From assembly GCF_009834535.1 (NCBI RefSeq), contig NC_045697.1:23190001-23254000 (forward strand): DNA of 64,000 nt. The letters run 5' to 3'. The stretch comes from Camelus ferus (Eukaryota). The translations under genes were made by a program, and so were the position numbers. Shown here piece by piece: positions 12,736-24,800 of the stretch. The notes beneath the pieces were generated by a model. The model was not told the DNA's origin. It worked only from the letters and a program-made list of their open reading frames with translations, and did no database searches. Position 1 is the first letter of the stretch; each line of letters opens with the position of its first letter.

Positions 12736-13864
12736 AAAATAGCAGAACTAAGTTGTACTGACAAGATTAAAATTAATAAAGTTATGACACACCTAACAGA
12801 GATTAAAGAGGAAAATTTATTTATATACATGACATTAATAATCAATAAATAGATATGAAATAGACCTTTAAATGCAAATTACACACATAAAAATTCTTTA
12901 AAATATGTTGCCAGAAGTACGTGTATATGTTTGTGTGTGTGTGTGTAACATCAGGAAAATATTGCAAACTATCAAAGATAGAGGCAGAAAACTAAAATAC
13001 GAATAAACCAATAATAATGGGTATAATAAAAAATGCCTACACTGTACATTAATCTAAAGTAAATGCCAAATCTTTTTACAACCTAAAGACTGATTTGTGA
13101 TATGTAAAATCATAAAAGTATGTTAATCTCACCTTGGAAAACAAAGGAGTGATTAAAAAAAGAAGAAAGCTTAATACAAGGAATCTACCAGTGAGGATTA
13201 TTCAAGTAAAATCTATGATCTAAAATAGAAAGGAAAAGGAAAGAAAAAGTAATAATAATAACAACAAAAGATTGAGTAGAAAAAAAATCAAGTCATGTTT
13301 CTTGTAAAATCCTTACTCTGGTAGCTTCAATGTATAGCATCTATCCTTACAAGTTATACAGAGTTGAAGTGTGTGCACTTTTGTAAACAGACTATATTTT
13401 AGCTCTTAAGTTCATTCTCCTCAGTTCCAGTCAATTTATGACGTCTGCAGAATGATAATGTTACTACTCTATCCCCGCATTACTTGCATACAAAAACTTA
13501 TCTTATGAAAAGCAATGTATTATGTGCGTGTGTGTGTCTATGAATCTGTGCGGCTTATCAAACCAATCTTCAAATTTGAATATATCACAGATTTGGGGGT
13601 TTTGTTTAATCCCCCTAATCTATTCAAAATTCCTATCTATATGTGTCCATGTCCCTAGAAAATCACAATGATTAACAACAAAGATATTTTCCATGTCTAC
13701 CTGAGAGTGTGTTGATTTTTCTTTTTGTATTTCATGTATTACATGATTTTTAATGTTCCAAACATAAAACTGAAATTTAAAAACAAGGTAATACTGTACT
13801 TTTGTAATCAGGAAAGAAAATGGAGCACTCTGTCCCTCTTATTTCTTAAGAGCAGTTCAGATGA

Positions 13865-14380
13865 TGTATTAGTTATCCATTACTATTTAACAAATTACTC
13901 CAAAATTTAGCATTTTAAAAATACTTACATTAACCATCTCACAGAGTTCTTGTGGGTTAAGTGTGTGGGTGTGTCTGGCTCACAGTTCCTTATGAGATCA
14001 CAATTAATATGTGGTCCACAGCAGCTGGCTTCTTAAGGCTTACCTGGTTCTAGAGCCTGCTTTCAAGGATGCTCACTCAAATGCCTGGGAAGTTAGTGTT
14101 GGTTGTTGGCAGCAAGCCAAGAGTTCCTCACCATGTGACTTTTCCATAAGACTGTTGCAGTGTGCTTATGGCATGACATTTAGTTTCCTCCAGAGTTAGT
14201 GAACCAAGGGACAGCAAAGTGAAAATAATAATGTCTTTTACCAACTAGCCTTTGAAGTCATAGTCCATCATGTCAACAGGATCCTCTCTGATACAGAAGT
14301 GAAATTTATTCAGTTTGGGTGAGGGCTCAAACTGATATCAAGAAAAAGAAATCATTGAGGGCATTCAGATATTGGCTACT
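13865..14380 (-). mobile_element. MaLR LTR (MLT1 family)
   Basis: TGTATTAGTTATCCATTACTATTTAACAAATTACTCCAAAATTTAGC start, plus internal CTTTCAAGGATGCTCACTCA and TTCCTCCAGAGTTAGTGAACCAAGG motifs. Confidence 0.8.
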
Positions 14381-17084
14381 TAATGTGATATTTTCATTGG
14401 TTGAAAAGCTTCAGTCACTACACTTATTTTATCCCCTTAAAAAAATTAACCACATGAACAATGTAGATATTGGAAAAATCCATTGCCAAAAAACCAAAAT
14501 AGATAAAAAACTTTATTTAACTTGCAATTTCTGAATTTGTTTTTAGTATTATCAGTATTTCATGATAAAATATTTTGGTTTGTCTCTATACTATAATGTT
14601 GTTAACCATTTTCCCCATAGTTATTTTTATTTGCAAATGTAATGTTTTAAATAGGTCAGTGAGAGTAGCTTAGAAAAACAAAAAGGGAAATATTAAAAAA
14701 GACACATTAGTATTATAAATGGGACTGTTTATCCTTAGGATATCTGATAAGTAATGACAAACCCATAAACTTGGGAAATATATCACTGGCCATTTTTCTG
14801 ATGATAACTTACGAAACAGAATAAGTGAAATAAAGTATGGATACAAGACTTTGGAAAACTGGATATTTGAAAGTTTCCTGCTCTGACAGATAATTATTTC
14901 AATATGTGAAAATTATTTAATTTCAAAAGTCCACATTCTAAAGACTAAAGTCCTTATATACTTTCAGAATTTTCTGTTACTAAAAAATAACTAGAGGCTT
15001 TTAGTTTAGGAAAGAAAAGGCGAAGATAGATTTAAGCATTATCTTTAAAAGATGATTGACAATTTGTTTATTTTCTTATTTCAGATTAAATAAGACATTT
15101 GGTAGGGCAACAAATATTGAGTACACTCAGCTCAGCCTCAAATGCTCAGATTTCTCACTATTACTAGTATGAAAAATATCCCTGAAAATAAAGTTAAAAT
15201 TTCCTTTGATAGTGGTATCTTAAAATAGAACAGAATTCATCTGTTTGGAGTAGTTTAGATGAATCCACTTTTGAAGTTAGATGATGGAGTTACATGACCT
15301 CTTCAAGTTTCTACCAACCCTATGATTTCATGAGAAAATAAGAGTTTTCAGCTTTCTAGCTTCCCCTTCCAAATCTTATTCAAAGCAAAATGACAGATTT
15401 GAATATAATCTAGGGTGATAAAATATTCTTATGGTTAACTTTCAGTCCAATACTTTTTGATGTTTTCACTAATGAACCTCACTAGGGAATACAACTTCTG
15501 CTCATTAAAGTTATGTAAGATAATAATTAAATCTTCAAAAAAATTCTGTGGTTGTTATAGCTAAGGTTCAGGAACAATATGATTTCACAAAATGTTGGTA
15601 GTTTTAGGGCTATTCTTCTCAAACTGTGTTAGAGCTCTAGTTTGAAACTATGCAAGATGTGAGTGGGCAAGGAAGGAGGAATAACTAAACTCATCTTTAG
15701 GAGAGTACTTTCTGCTGTGTAGGACATATTCTCATGATAATATATAAAATAATTTTTCATGAAACCTGAATTAAATATAATATTTCAATATTGACTGATT
15801 TCTATTGGTGAGAATGATAGTTTTTTAAACATTTAAGACAGTGATATAATAATTTAAAAAACACTTTCTATAGGTAACAAATATAGATCAATTTATATAA
15901 AACATGAAATAATAATTGGAACAGTTGTATGTGTCTATGGTACATAAAAAGCTTAAGTTTGCAAATACAGCTTTAAGACTTAGTTATTATAATACAGAAG
16001 TTTTCCTCTGGACTTTTGATGGAACCATAGAAACACCGGGAAAAAATAAGTTGATTCTATTGAATTAGCCCCAGATTCTTTCAATACCAGCTCTAAGCCA
16101 TGAATGTGTGACAGATCAGTAATAGAAATGGATTGCTTCACTCCCCACTACCAGCTTTCAACACATTCCCCTTTTCCTCGGATCACTCCCGGTACTTGCT
16201 TGTCCATGGTTTTGTAATGGTTAAATTCTGACATTGGGATGGGGTTTGGGTGAAGTAGACTGGTTGTTGGAGCAAGTCCCATAGGCTGGCTCACATGAAA
16301 TACATAACCTGAGATAGTCTAGTTCCAGTCTTAGTAAAAGTTCTTGAAGAGAGGTTTATAAATTTAGGAGTTAAATATATCAGTATGCAAAAGTCAAGTT
16401 AATTATCAGATCAAAAAGAAGTTCTTAAGAGAGTGAGGAACTGGATAAAAATGATTCTCCTTGCTGGGACCAAGAGTCTAGTTTGACCACTCTAACAGAA
16501 TTTTGTGCCTCATGAACTTGTAGTCTTGCACTTCCGAATTTATAAGGTTCATGATTATAGACAAACCATAAGGAGGAGTCATGTGGCAAGTTTCCACCCA
16601 ACCTGCACCTTTGGGTTCTGACATACAGCAATTCTCATTCATTCAAAATCACAGTTGGTGACTTGCAGCTATGTTCCTGGCATTTTGCTAGGATTAAATT
16701 GAGGGGGAGCTTGTCTTAGTGGATATTTGGAGAATAATGATAAATACATAAATAGAAAATTGCAATAAGGTTGGCTGATACCATGATCTGGATAAACACA
16801 GCATGATACTGGAAGTATGAGGAAGGCAACTGTAGCTTGGGTTTATTTTTATTCAAAAATATTGTAAAGCACAGAAAAATCCACTGAATAATGTAATGAA
16901 CATTATCCTGAATCCTAATAAACAAATCCTAGATTTGTATATTTTTTTCAAGTTTCCTTAGACAGTATTTTCTTTTTACTAAAATAAATCAAAATGTATG
17001 GATAAACCCAAAGCCCCCTTTTAATTGGACAGGGGTACACAAAACACTTGCCCTAATTCAACCTTTAATGATCATGGTGAAAAC

Positions 17085-17485
17085 CGTGACATGTCACCCA
17101 GCTCCACCAAGTAAGAACACGTGCATGCTGATGGGATTGTCATTGTCAACTGCTTAAGGGGTTGCCTCACCCTTGGATGGCCACATGACCTTATACGAGG
17201 TCAGTCTCCTCCCAGGGTGGCCCATATCCAATGACTGGTGGAGGTGGACTTAAAAATGCTGTGACATTTTCAACCAACACAGTACAACTCGATGGTACAT
17301 TTTAGCTCCAGAGTTCCTGCAGTCAGCTGAGAACAGTGATCAGATCATTATCATAGTTGAAATTCTCCCTGACTCGGTGATACTTCCTTTCTCTCCCTTC
17401 TAAAGTTATCAATTCCAGTTAATACCCTAAGTAACATTCAGATCACTAAACCTCATCTCATTGTCCAAGGAAACAACCTACAGCA
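17085..17485 (+). mobile_element. LTR16-like (ERVL) solo LTR
   Basis: CCCATATCCAATGACTG...ACAACTCGATGG..TTTTAGCTCCAGAGTTCC...AGTTGAAATTCTCCCT...CTCATCTCA..CCAAGGAAAC motifs. Confidence 0.65.
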
Positions 17486-17789
17486 ATGATCAATGTTTCT
17501 TCTACAAAAATATGGCACTTACACAGAGACCAGAAAGATGACTATGTGTCACAAAGAAATATGTGAAATTATGTGTACATGAACAGAAAGCATTCTTCTA
17601 AACACCCTGCAGCTCAGAAGAAAATATGTTTAAAAGTAGAATTTGTATTTTTGGTTAGGTGTTTGTATGAAAATGAATTTTGTGATTGCAAGAAGGAGAA
17701 AAAAAGCGAGATTTCAAGAGAAATTATGAATGAAGAAATAAAATTAATTCATGAATAATATATTAATGGGGAAGAAAAAAATGAAATAA

Positions 17790-18560
17790 ACTTGAGATGA
17801 TTCCAGGTTTATAAAATGTAGCATTGAGTGGGAAGTCTCTTCCAGGGAAAGATGAATGTAGTTTTTGACATGCTGAGTTTGAGGAAATGACAATTATCTT
17901 TCTGTGTAAATCCCCCAAGCAGTTGGAAATATAACTAGCTCACAAGTTAAAGAAAAAAAAAAAAGCATTTGATTGGTTCATCCACTTAAAACATGTTTTG
18001 AGCCTCTCTCTATTTGTTTCTGAGTACAGAGTAAGGAGTAAATTTGGTGTGGCCCCTGTCCTCAGAGTGCTTACAGCATAGGATCAGTGACAGATATAAC
18101 ACACATTAATTATACAAATAAACACATGGCTGCAAACTGTGATACAGTCCCTGAGGACAAAGAACAGGATATGATGAAAGAAAAAGGAGAGGACTTAATT
18201 TGTAGTGTGGATGTCAGAGAAAGCCTCTCAAGGCCGTGACATTTAAGTTAAAATTAGAAGGACAGATAAGATTTATTTTAGCAAAAGTCCAGAGGAAGAA
18301 TTTTCTTACCAGAGGGAGCAGCATCTGCCAAGTATTTACATGCTGTCTGAAAGGACCTGGTAGGACTTGGTTAACATTGGGATGCTAACCTAAATGCCAG
18401 TGGAGAGTCCCTGAAAAGTGAAAGACAAAAGGAACACAGGCATGAAGATTTGAGAGTTATCTGTGTTCAGGTTACAGTAGAATCCAAGGAAGCAGATGCT
18501 CTTTGGGAGAAAAAGTAGGTAAGGATAACAAAAATGGGGCAAAAGACAGAGACTCATGGA
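17790..18560 (-). mobile_element. LINE-2 fragments
   Basis: TTTTGACATGCTGAGTTTGAGG, GGCCCCTGTCCTCAGAGTGCTTACAG, GTCAGAGAAAGCCTCTC and GTGACATTTAAG. Confidence 0.7.
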
Positions 18561-19365
18561 CTCTTAGAGAACAGAAAGTAGGAAAGGACTTAATAAAGCT
18601 CAGACTAAAACAGCTGAAAATATACAAGATCAGAAGAGACACAATAGTGCCAAACAATACAAGAAAGGTTGATGAAGATTTTTAAAATGATCACCAGATT
18701 ATGAATTCTAATTTTAAAGTAAAGTTACACTAGTATAATCATATGGTAGGAAGAATACTGTAAAATTGAATTACAGAGTTTCTGTTTCTTGCAAGATTTC
18801 CTGAACATCTCTATTTGTTGTAAACTATTCACTATACATATCTATTCCTCCGAGGGAAAAAAATTGTGTTTTTATTTTCTTTTTGTAATTTCCCAATCAA
18901 AGTGGTTGGGTTTTAAGCTAGTTTTTAAATTGTGTTTTAAAATAGTTTGCACAAAATATTTTAAAATTCATTTTCTGAAAATTTGAGGCAACTTTTACAA
19001 GGTAGAAAAATTTTACCTGCTTATAACCTTCATTTAATGAATTTTATTTAACTAATTGATTTCAATTAAATAATAAATAAAATTTAGCATTTTCTAATAT
19101 TATGTGGAAATAATATATATTATTTTAAAATAAAATCTAAAGCATAACATATGACTATATAGTTACCCTAGACATTATTATTAAGTATTCTTTTTTAAAA
19201 TGTACTTTTTTCCTGTTTCTGACTTTCTGAAAAGTAATAACCTGGTTACTTGTTTCCACAGGTTTGTTCAGGATGAATTATTAAATCGACCACCCACTCC
19301 ACCATTAACAAATGATTTTAAAAGTATTAATATATCTTTTTAAATGGCTTATTTCTTGTATTGAT

Positions 19366-19657
19366 GAGAAAGGAAAGGAAGAAGAAAGAAAGAAGAAAGA
19401 AAGAAAAAGAAAGAAAGAAAGAAAGAAAAAGAAAGAAAGAAAGAAAAAGAAAGAAAGAAAGAAAGAAGAAAAAGAAAGAAAGAAAGAAAGAAAGAAAAGA
19501 AAGAAAGAAAGAAAGAAAGAAAGACAAGAAAGAAAGGAAGGAAGGAAGGAAGGAAGGAAGGAAGGAAGAAGGAAGGGAGAGAGAAAGGGAGAGAGAGAGA
19601 AAGAAAGAAAGAAAGAGAGAAAGAAAGAAAGAAAGGGAGGGAGGGAAGGAGGAGGGA
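19366..19657. repeat. 292-bp compound polypurine microsatellite (GAAA)n/(GGAA)n/(GA)n/(GGGA)n
   Basis: All purines on + except a single C at 19525. It generates the spurious K/E/R- and F/L/S-rich ORFs at 19305-19821. Confidence 0.97.
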
Positions 19658-21240
19658 TGCCACTTCCTTGGCCCCCCGTTATCACTCCTCCCGCCAGCCG
19701 CGTTTCGGTCTTGCCGTTCATGCTTTCGTGGCGTTGTCTTCTGCGGAGCTTCCTTGCTCTGCAGAAAGAAAAGGAGAGAGAGAAAGAAAACTTGGAGGCT
19801 TTAACATTGCCTTTATCTTAGTTACAAACCTCGTATCATAAAATCAATAATATCCTTGTGGGCATGTACTAAACTGAAACAACACCAATTTTTCTCTTTT
19901 AGGCCTCCCAGTGCCACTGAGTCTTGCTATCAAACTGTAGTTTATATCTTCTCACTCACAATACTTAGTCAGTAATTTAAATTCCACGACGACCTCCAGG
20001 GACATTTTGAAAACATGGATCTTTTTTAAAGGCTATTATTATGTGACATGCAGCCATGCTACATCAAATTATTAAATTGTTTGTATTCTTCTATCAGTTT
20101 GAATAAGCCATCAATTTGATGATATGCTCAAATATAAGTGTTAAATAAAAATGACAAATTGTGTGAGCAACAACATGCCCTACAAATTAAATACACTAGG
20201 CAATAGAGACATTCCCTACTTCCACATCAGATACAGTTCTTTTGAGCAGCCATAGATGGCAAGTCTCTCAGCAGATCTCATATATATATATATCCATCTT
20301 TTAAGCTTTTCCTAGTATTGGTCGATTTCTATCCTAATGCAAATTCACATCCTCCAACCTTAAAACTAACTACATACAAACCTTTCACTTTCCATTGGTT
20401 TATTTTAACTTTACCTACAGAAAATTTATCTCATATGAACCTGCTCAGGTATAGGCTTAAGAATTTTTCTCATCTTTGTCCTTCCTCCGAAATGAAACTC
20501 CCCTTCAGCTCCATCACTAATTCCGTCACATCATTCTCTTTCAAGAATCTCGAGCAACTATTTCATCAACCATTTCAACACTTTCTTTCCTGCCTAGCTC
20601 TTGACCGTTGCAAATATGTTCCAGAATCCTTTTTGTCGGATGGTGGGGGGTGGAAATCAATCAGAGTTTATCCTCCTTTAAGCATTATATTTACTCCTTG
20701 TCAAAGCTTAATGTCTCAAAATAATGAATTAAAAATGCTATTCCCATTCCCTCACAATTATTCCCTTTAATCCCTCTACATTATGGTTTGAAATCCAATA
20801 AACATTAAATGTTTAGAGCAAGGAAACATCTTTTAATTTCCAGAATCTCTGGCATCATCTGAATTTTCATTATGCATATTAATTATACCTCATTTAGTTT
20901 ATAATTCTCTGTCCTTCACTTTCATACTTAGCTTCTGCTCCAGGGATTTTCTCAGTTCTCTATATAGCAATCAAAATTCCAGAGTATAATTCAGTCTTTA
21001 AAGGCCTCTTTCAGCTCAGGTATTAAATGTAATTTTGAAATGATTCAATTAATTTCATTAGTCAATCATCAAACATCTTCTATGCTTTAAGGATTACCTA
21101 TATCATCTAACATTCAGTTGTTGAACCTCGTCTTTTTTTTTTTTTAACATAAGAAGAAGACCTTGAGAATCTCACTGTCCATCTCTCCTCGTTTTTCATA
21201 CTTCTAAAGGTCTTCTGCATATGAGTATGTGAATATCTTA

Positions 21241-21345
21241 CTTTATTATTTTTTTAAATTTTTCCTGGAGGTCCTAGGGATTGAACCCAGGACCTCCCAC
21301 AAGCTAAGCATGTGTTCTACCACTGAGCTCTATTCCTCCACCCCC
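21241..21345 (-). mobile_element. tRNA-derived SINE, camelid (Vic-1-like) type
   Basis: The reverse strand reads GGGGGTGGAGGAATAGAGCTCAGTGGTAGAACACATGCTTAGCTTGTGGGAGGTCCTGGGTTCAATCCCTAGGACCTCC plus an A-rich tail, with A box and B box (GGTTCAATCCC). Flanked by TACTTTA on both sides. Confidence 0.88.
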
Positions 21346-22584
21346 TGTCTAACCTACTTTAATTACACTTGTATTCCTACTGTCTAAATCATTAGTTTTC
21401 ATCTCACCATGAATATCTTTGACAATGAGCAGAAATTATAAAGCTGACAATATTATCTTTCTGGTCAAATGTTGTCTCAAACTCCCAATTTCTAACAAGG
21501 TACTAATCACATTCAAGCAGACTGTTCATTCTCCATTACAATTCATAGATTTTATTCTTACTTCTATTTTAGTTTAAAAAATATTATTATAAATGATTGT
21601 TAGAAAATACATAAAAACAGAATAGTAGACTGTATTTCTCTATGTCTACCTATAAGCTTCAAAAATTAACAATATTTTTGTCTATCTTATTTCATAAATA
21701 CACTCACTTCTTTTGTTGTGTCTGATTTTTTTGGTTTTGTTTTTGTCTTTCCAGGAATATTTTATTAAAAATCCAAGACACCATGTCACTACACATAAAA
21801 CTACTTCAGTAAGTATCAAATAAAGAGATTTTATGTTTTAATATTCACACCAATTTATATTTGTTGTGTTTATATCTTCTGCATATCCCATTATTTTAAA
21901 CATATATAAAATTTTACAACTGAATTTTATTCTTATGATTTTGTGCTGTTTATTTTATAATCTACTTTAAAATTATTATTTTATATTTACATCTTTACTT
22001 AAAATGAGAGCTACAGCTATTTAAATAAGCCAGTCACTTTCATTTTCCACTTTCTTAAAAAATGTGTGTATATCTGAATGACATTATTTATTAGCTGACT
22101 CTTGGTAAATATACCACAAATATTAAGATGCTTGTCTAAATACACTGATGACTTCTGATCGCAACTAAGATGGAGTAACAAGGCCTAACATTACTGTCTC
22201 CCCTGAAACAAATACAAATCTGGACAAAATATATTAAACAATGGTTTTTAGTCATTAGGTGTCAGGAAACACAGGGTAGGAACACTGAGAAAGGGGAAAC
22301 CAAAAAAGTGAAACCTTAAATGTTTCCAGTTTACAGACTGAATGGCAGGAGTTGGTCAGTCTGCAGGAGTTGAAAAGATGGTTTGGGAGTCTGGCAAGGC
22401 TAAAAAATGTAGGAACTGCAGGGCAGAACATCAAAGAAAGAGAGCTGCACATAGGGAGTTCCAGAGATTAGCAGGAGTTCCCCTAGAATCTTCTGCTCAG
22501 GAGAAAGAACCACACAAAAAAGATCACAGCAAACGATCCTCCAAACTTACACAGAGCCAAGATAATATGTGTTCCCCAAAGTAT

Positions 22585-22685
22585 GATTAAGAATCCCAGT
22601 TTACCTAGGATTGTCCTGGGTTTAAAACTGAAATCCTTGTGTTCCAGGAAACCCATTCCAGGCAAATTGGGACATCTGATCCCAG
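22585..22685. mobile_element. MER81-like hAT-Blackjack MITE
   Basis: TCCCAGTTTACCTAGGA ... TCCAGGCAAATTGGGA sub-terminal inverted repeats around CTGGGTTTAAAACTGAAATCC. Confidence 0.65.
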
Positions 22686-23192
22686 TGGCAAAACCTCAAA
22701 ATCTGAAATATGTTATGTTAGGAAATTAGATGAGTTTTGCTTTGGTGGTAAAAACTTAGTCCTAGACTAAACAGTCCTAGACTGTTCTGACCTTGCCTAG
22801 TAAAACTTAATAATCTAAAAGGATCGAACTATTTTTGGGTAATTTAAAAAGTCAAGAATGTTTAAAGGAATAAAAAAATCCAGCAACCAACTAGGTATCA
22901 TCCACTATGCATGGAATCCAATAAAATACTCCAGGCATGCAAAGGGGCAGGAAAATGTGATTCTTAATAAAAAGGAAAAAATTAATAGAAACAGACATGA
23001 TAATGACACAGATAATAGAAGAGGCAAGAACATCATAAAGGTCATTATAGCCGTATTAAATCCAAGAAGGCAAAGAAAAGATTTAGCCTAGCAAGTGTAA
23101 ACATAGACGATAGAAAGAAGATCCATCTCTAAAAATGAAAACTATAATGTCAGAAATAAAAATTCACTGACTAGGATTAAAAACAGATTAGA

Positions 23193-23760
23193 CAGGTCTT
23201 CTGCCCATTTCTTGATCTGTTTTCTTTTTTTTTTTTGATGTTGAATTAAATGAGCTTTTTATTTAGGATATTATCCCTTAGTGGTCATACCATTCACAAA
23301 TAGTTTCTCCCATTCCTGAATAGACATTTCTCCAAAGAAGACATACTTATGACCAACAGGCACATGAAAAGATGCTCAACATTGCTAATTATTTGAGAAA
23401 TTCACATCAAAACCACAATGAGGTATCACCTCACACTGCTTAGAATGGGTATCATCAAAAACCTTACAAATAATACATTCTGGAGAGAGTGTAGAGAAAA
23501 AGGAACCCTCCTACGTTGTTGGTGGAAATGTAAATTGGTGCAGCTGCCATGGAGAGCAGTATAGAGGTTCCTTGAAAAAACAAAAATAGAGTTACCATAT
23601 GATCCAGCAATTCCACTCTTGGACATATATCCAGAGAAAACTCTAATTAAAATAAAAATACATGCGCCTGAATGTTCATAGCAGCACTGTTTATAATAGC
23701 CAAGACATAGAAGCAACCTAAATGTTCATGGACAGATAAATGGATAAAAAAGATGTGGCA

Positions 23761-23813
<53 letters not shown>

Positions 23814-24235
23814 ATATAATGGAGTATTACTCAGCTATAAAAGGAATGAATTAATGCCATTTGCAGCAACAAGGGTGGACCTAGAGATTATCATACCAAG
23901 TGAAGTAAGTCAAACAGGGAAAGACAAATATATGACATCACTTATATGTGCAATCTAAAAAATAATGACATAAATAAAATTTGCAAAACAGAAAGAGACT
24001 TACAGACATAGAAAACAAACTTACGGTTACCAGGGGGAAGAGAGGGAAGGAAGGGATAAATTGGGAGATTGGGTTTGGCAGATACAAACTACTATGCACA
24101 GAAGAGATAAACAAGATCCTACTGAATAGCGAAGGGAACTATATTCAATGGCTTATAGTAACCTATAATGAAAAAGAATACAAAAAAGAATACACATATA
24201 TGTATAACTGAAGAAAATTTTAAAAAACTAAAAAA
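23193..24235 (+). mobile_element. 5'-inverted (twin-primed) LINE-1 3' insertion
   Basis: 23193-23315 is antisense L1 ending ..AAATGGGCAGAAGACCTG. The sense segment resumes at the adjacent L1 position CCTGAATAGACATTTCTCC (23315) and runs through the ORF2 end and 3' UTR. Confidence 0.85.
23762..23811. repeat. (CA)25 microsatellite inside L1
   Basis: Read directly from the sequence. Confidence 0.95.
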
Positions 24236-24239
24236 ACTA

Positions 24240-24800
24240 AAATGAGCTTCACCTCACACCTGTCAAGATGGCTATCATCAAAAAGAACACAAATGACAAA
24301 CACTGGAGAGGATGAGGAGAAAGGGGAACCCTTGCACACTGTTGGTGGGAATGTAAGTTAATGCAACCACTGTGGAGAGCAGTATGGAGCTTTCTCAGAA
24401 AACTAAAAATCTAACTACCATTTGACCCAGCAATTCCTCTCCTGTGTATATATCTGAAAAAAAAAAAACAACAAACACACTAATTTAAAAAGTTATGTGC
24501 ACCCCAATGTTCATAGAAGAATTATTTCCAATTGCTGAGATATGGAAGCAACCTAAGTGTCCATCAACAGATGAATGAATGAATAAATATATATATACAT
24601 ATGCACACACACATACATATACATGCATACATATACAAAAATGGGATAATCTCAGTCATAAAAAAGAATGAAAATTTTGCCGTTTGCAACAACATGGATG
24701 TACTTGGAGAGTATTATTATGCTAAGCAAAATAAATTAGACAAAGACAACTACTGTATAATATCACTTATACATGGAATCTAAAAATTACAAAAAAAAAA
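24240..24800 (+). mobile_element. second LINE-1 ORF2-end segment, tandem to the previous one and 3'-truncated
   Basis: Restarts at AATGAGCTTCACCTCACACCTGTC and runs to ..CACTTATACATGGAATCTAAAAA. Its sequence differs from the 23.4-24.2 kb copy. Confidence 0.85.

Noticed and set aside
16425..16631. 68-aa minus-strand ORF in moderately GC-rich unique sequence
   Set aside because: Weak acceptor, no recognisable homology, and a length expected by chance.
19305..19821. Five overlapping ORFs of 66-169 aa (K/E/R-rich or F/L/S-rich)
   Set aside because: Artefacts of the stop-free (GAAA)n/(GGAA)n microsatellite.
20318..20770. 150-aa plus-strand ORF
   Set aside because: Non-ATG start, composition reflects pyrimidine-rich DNA (possibly decayed L2), no recognisable domain or splice structure.
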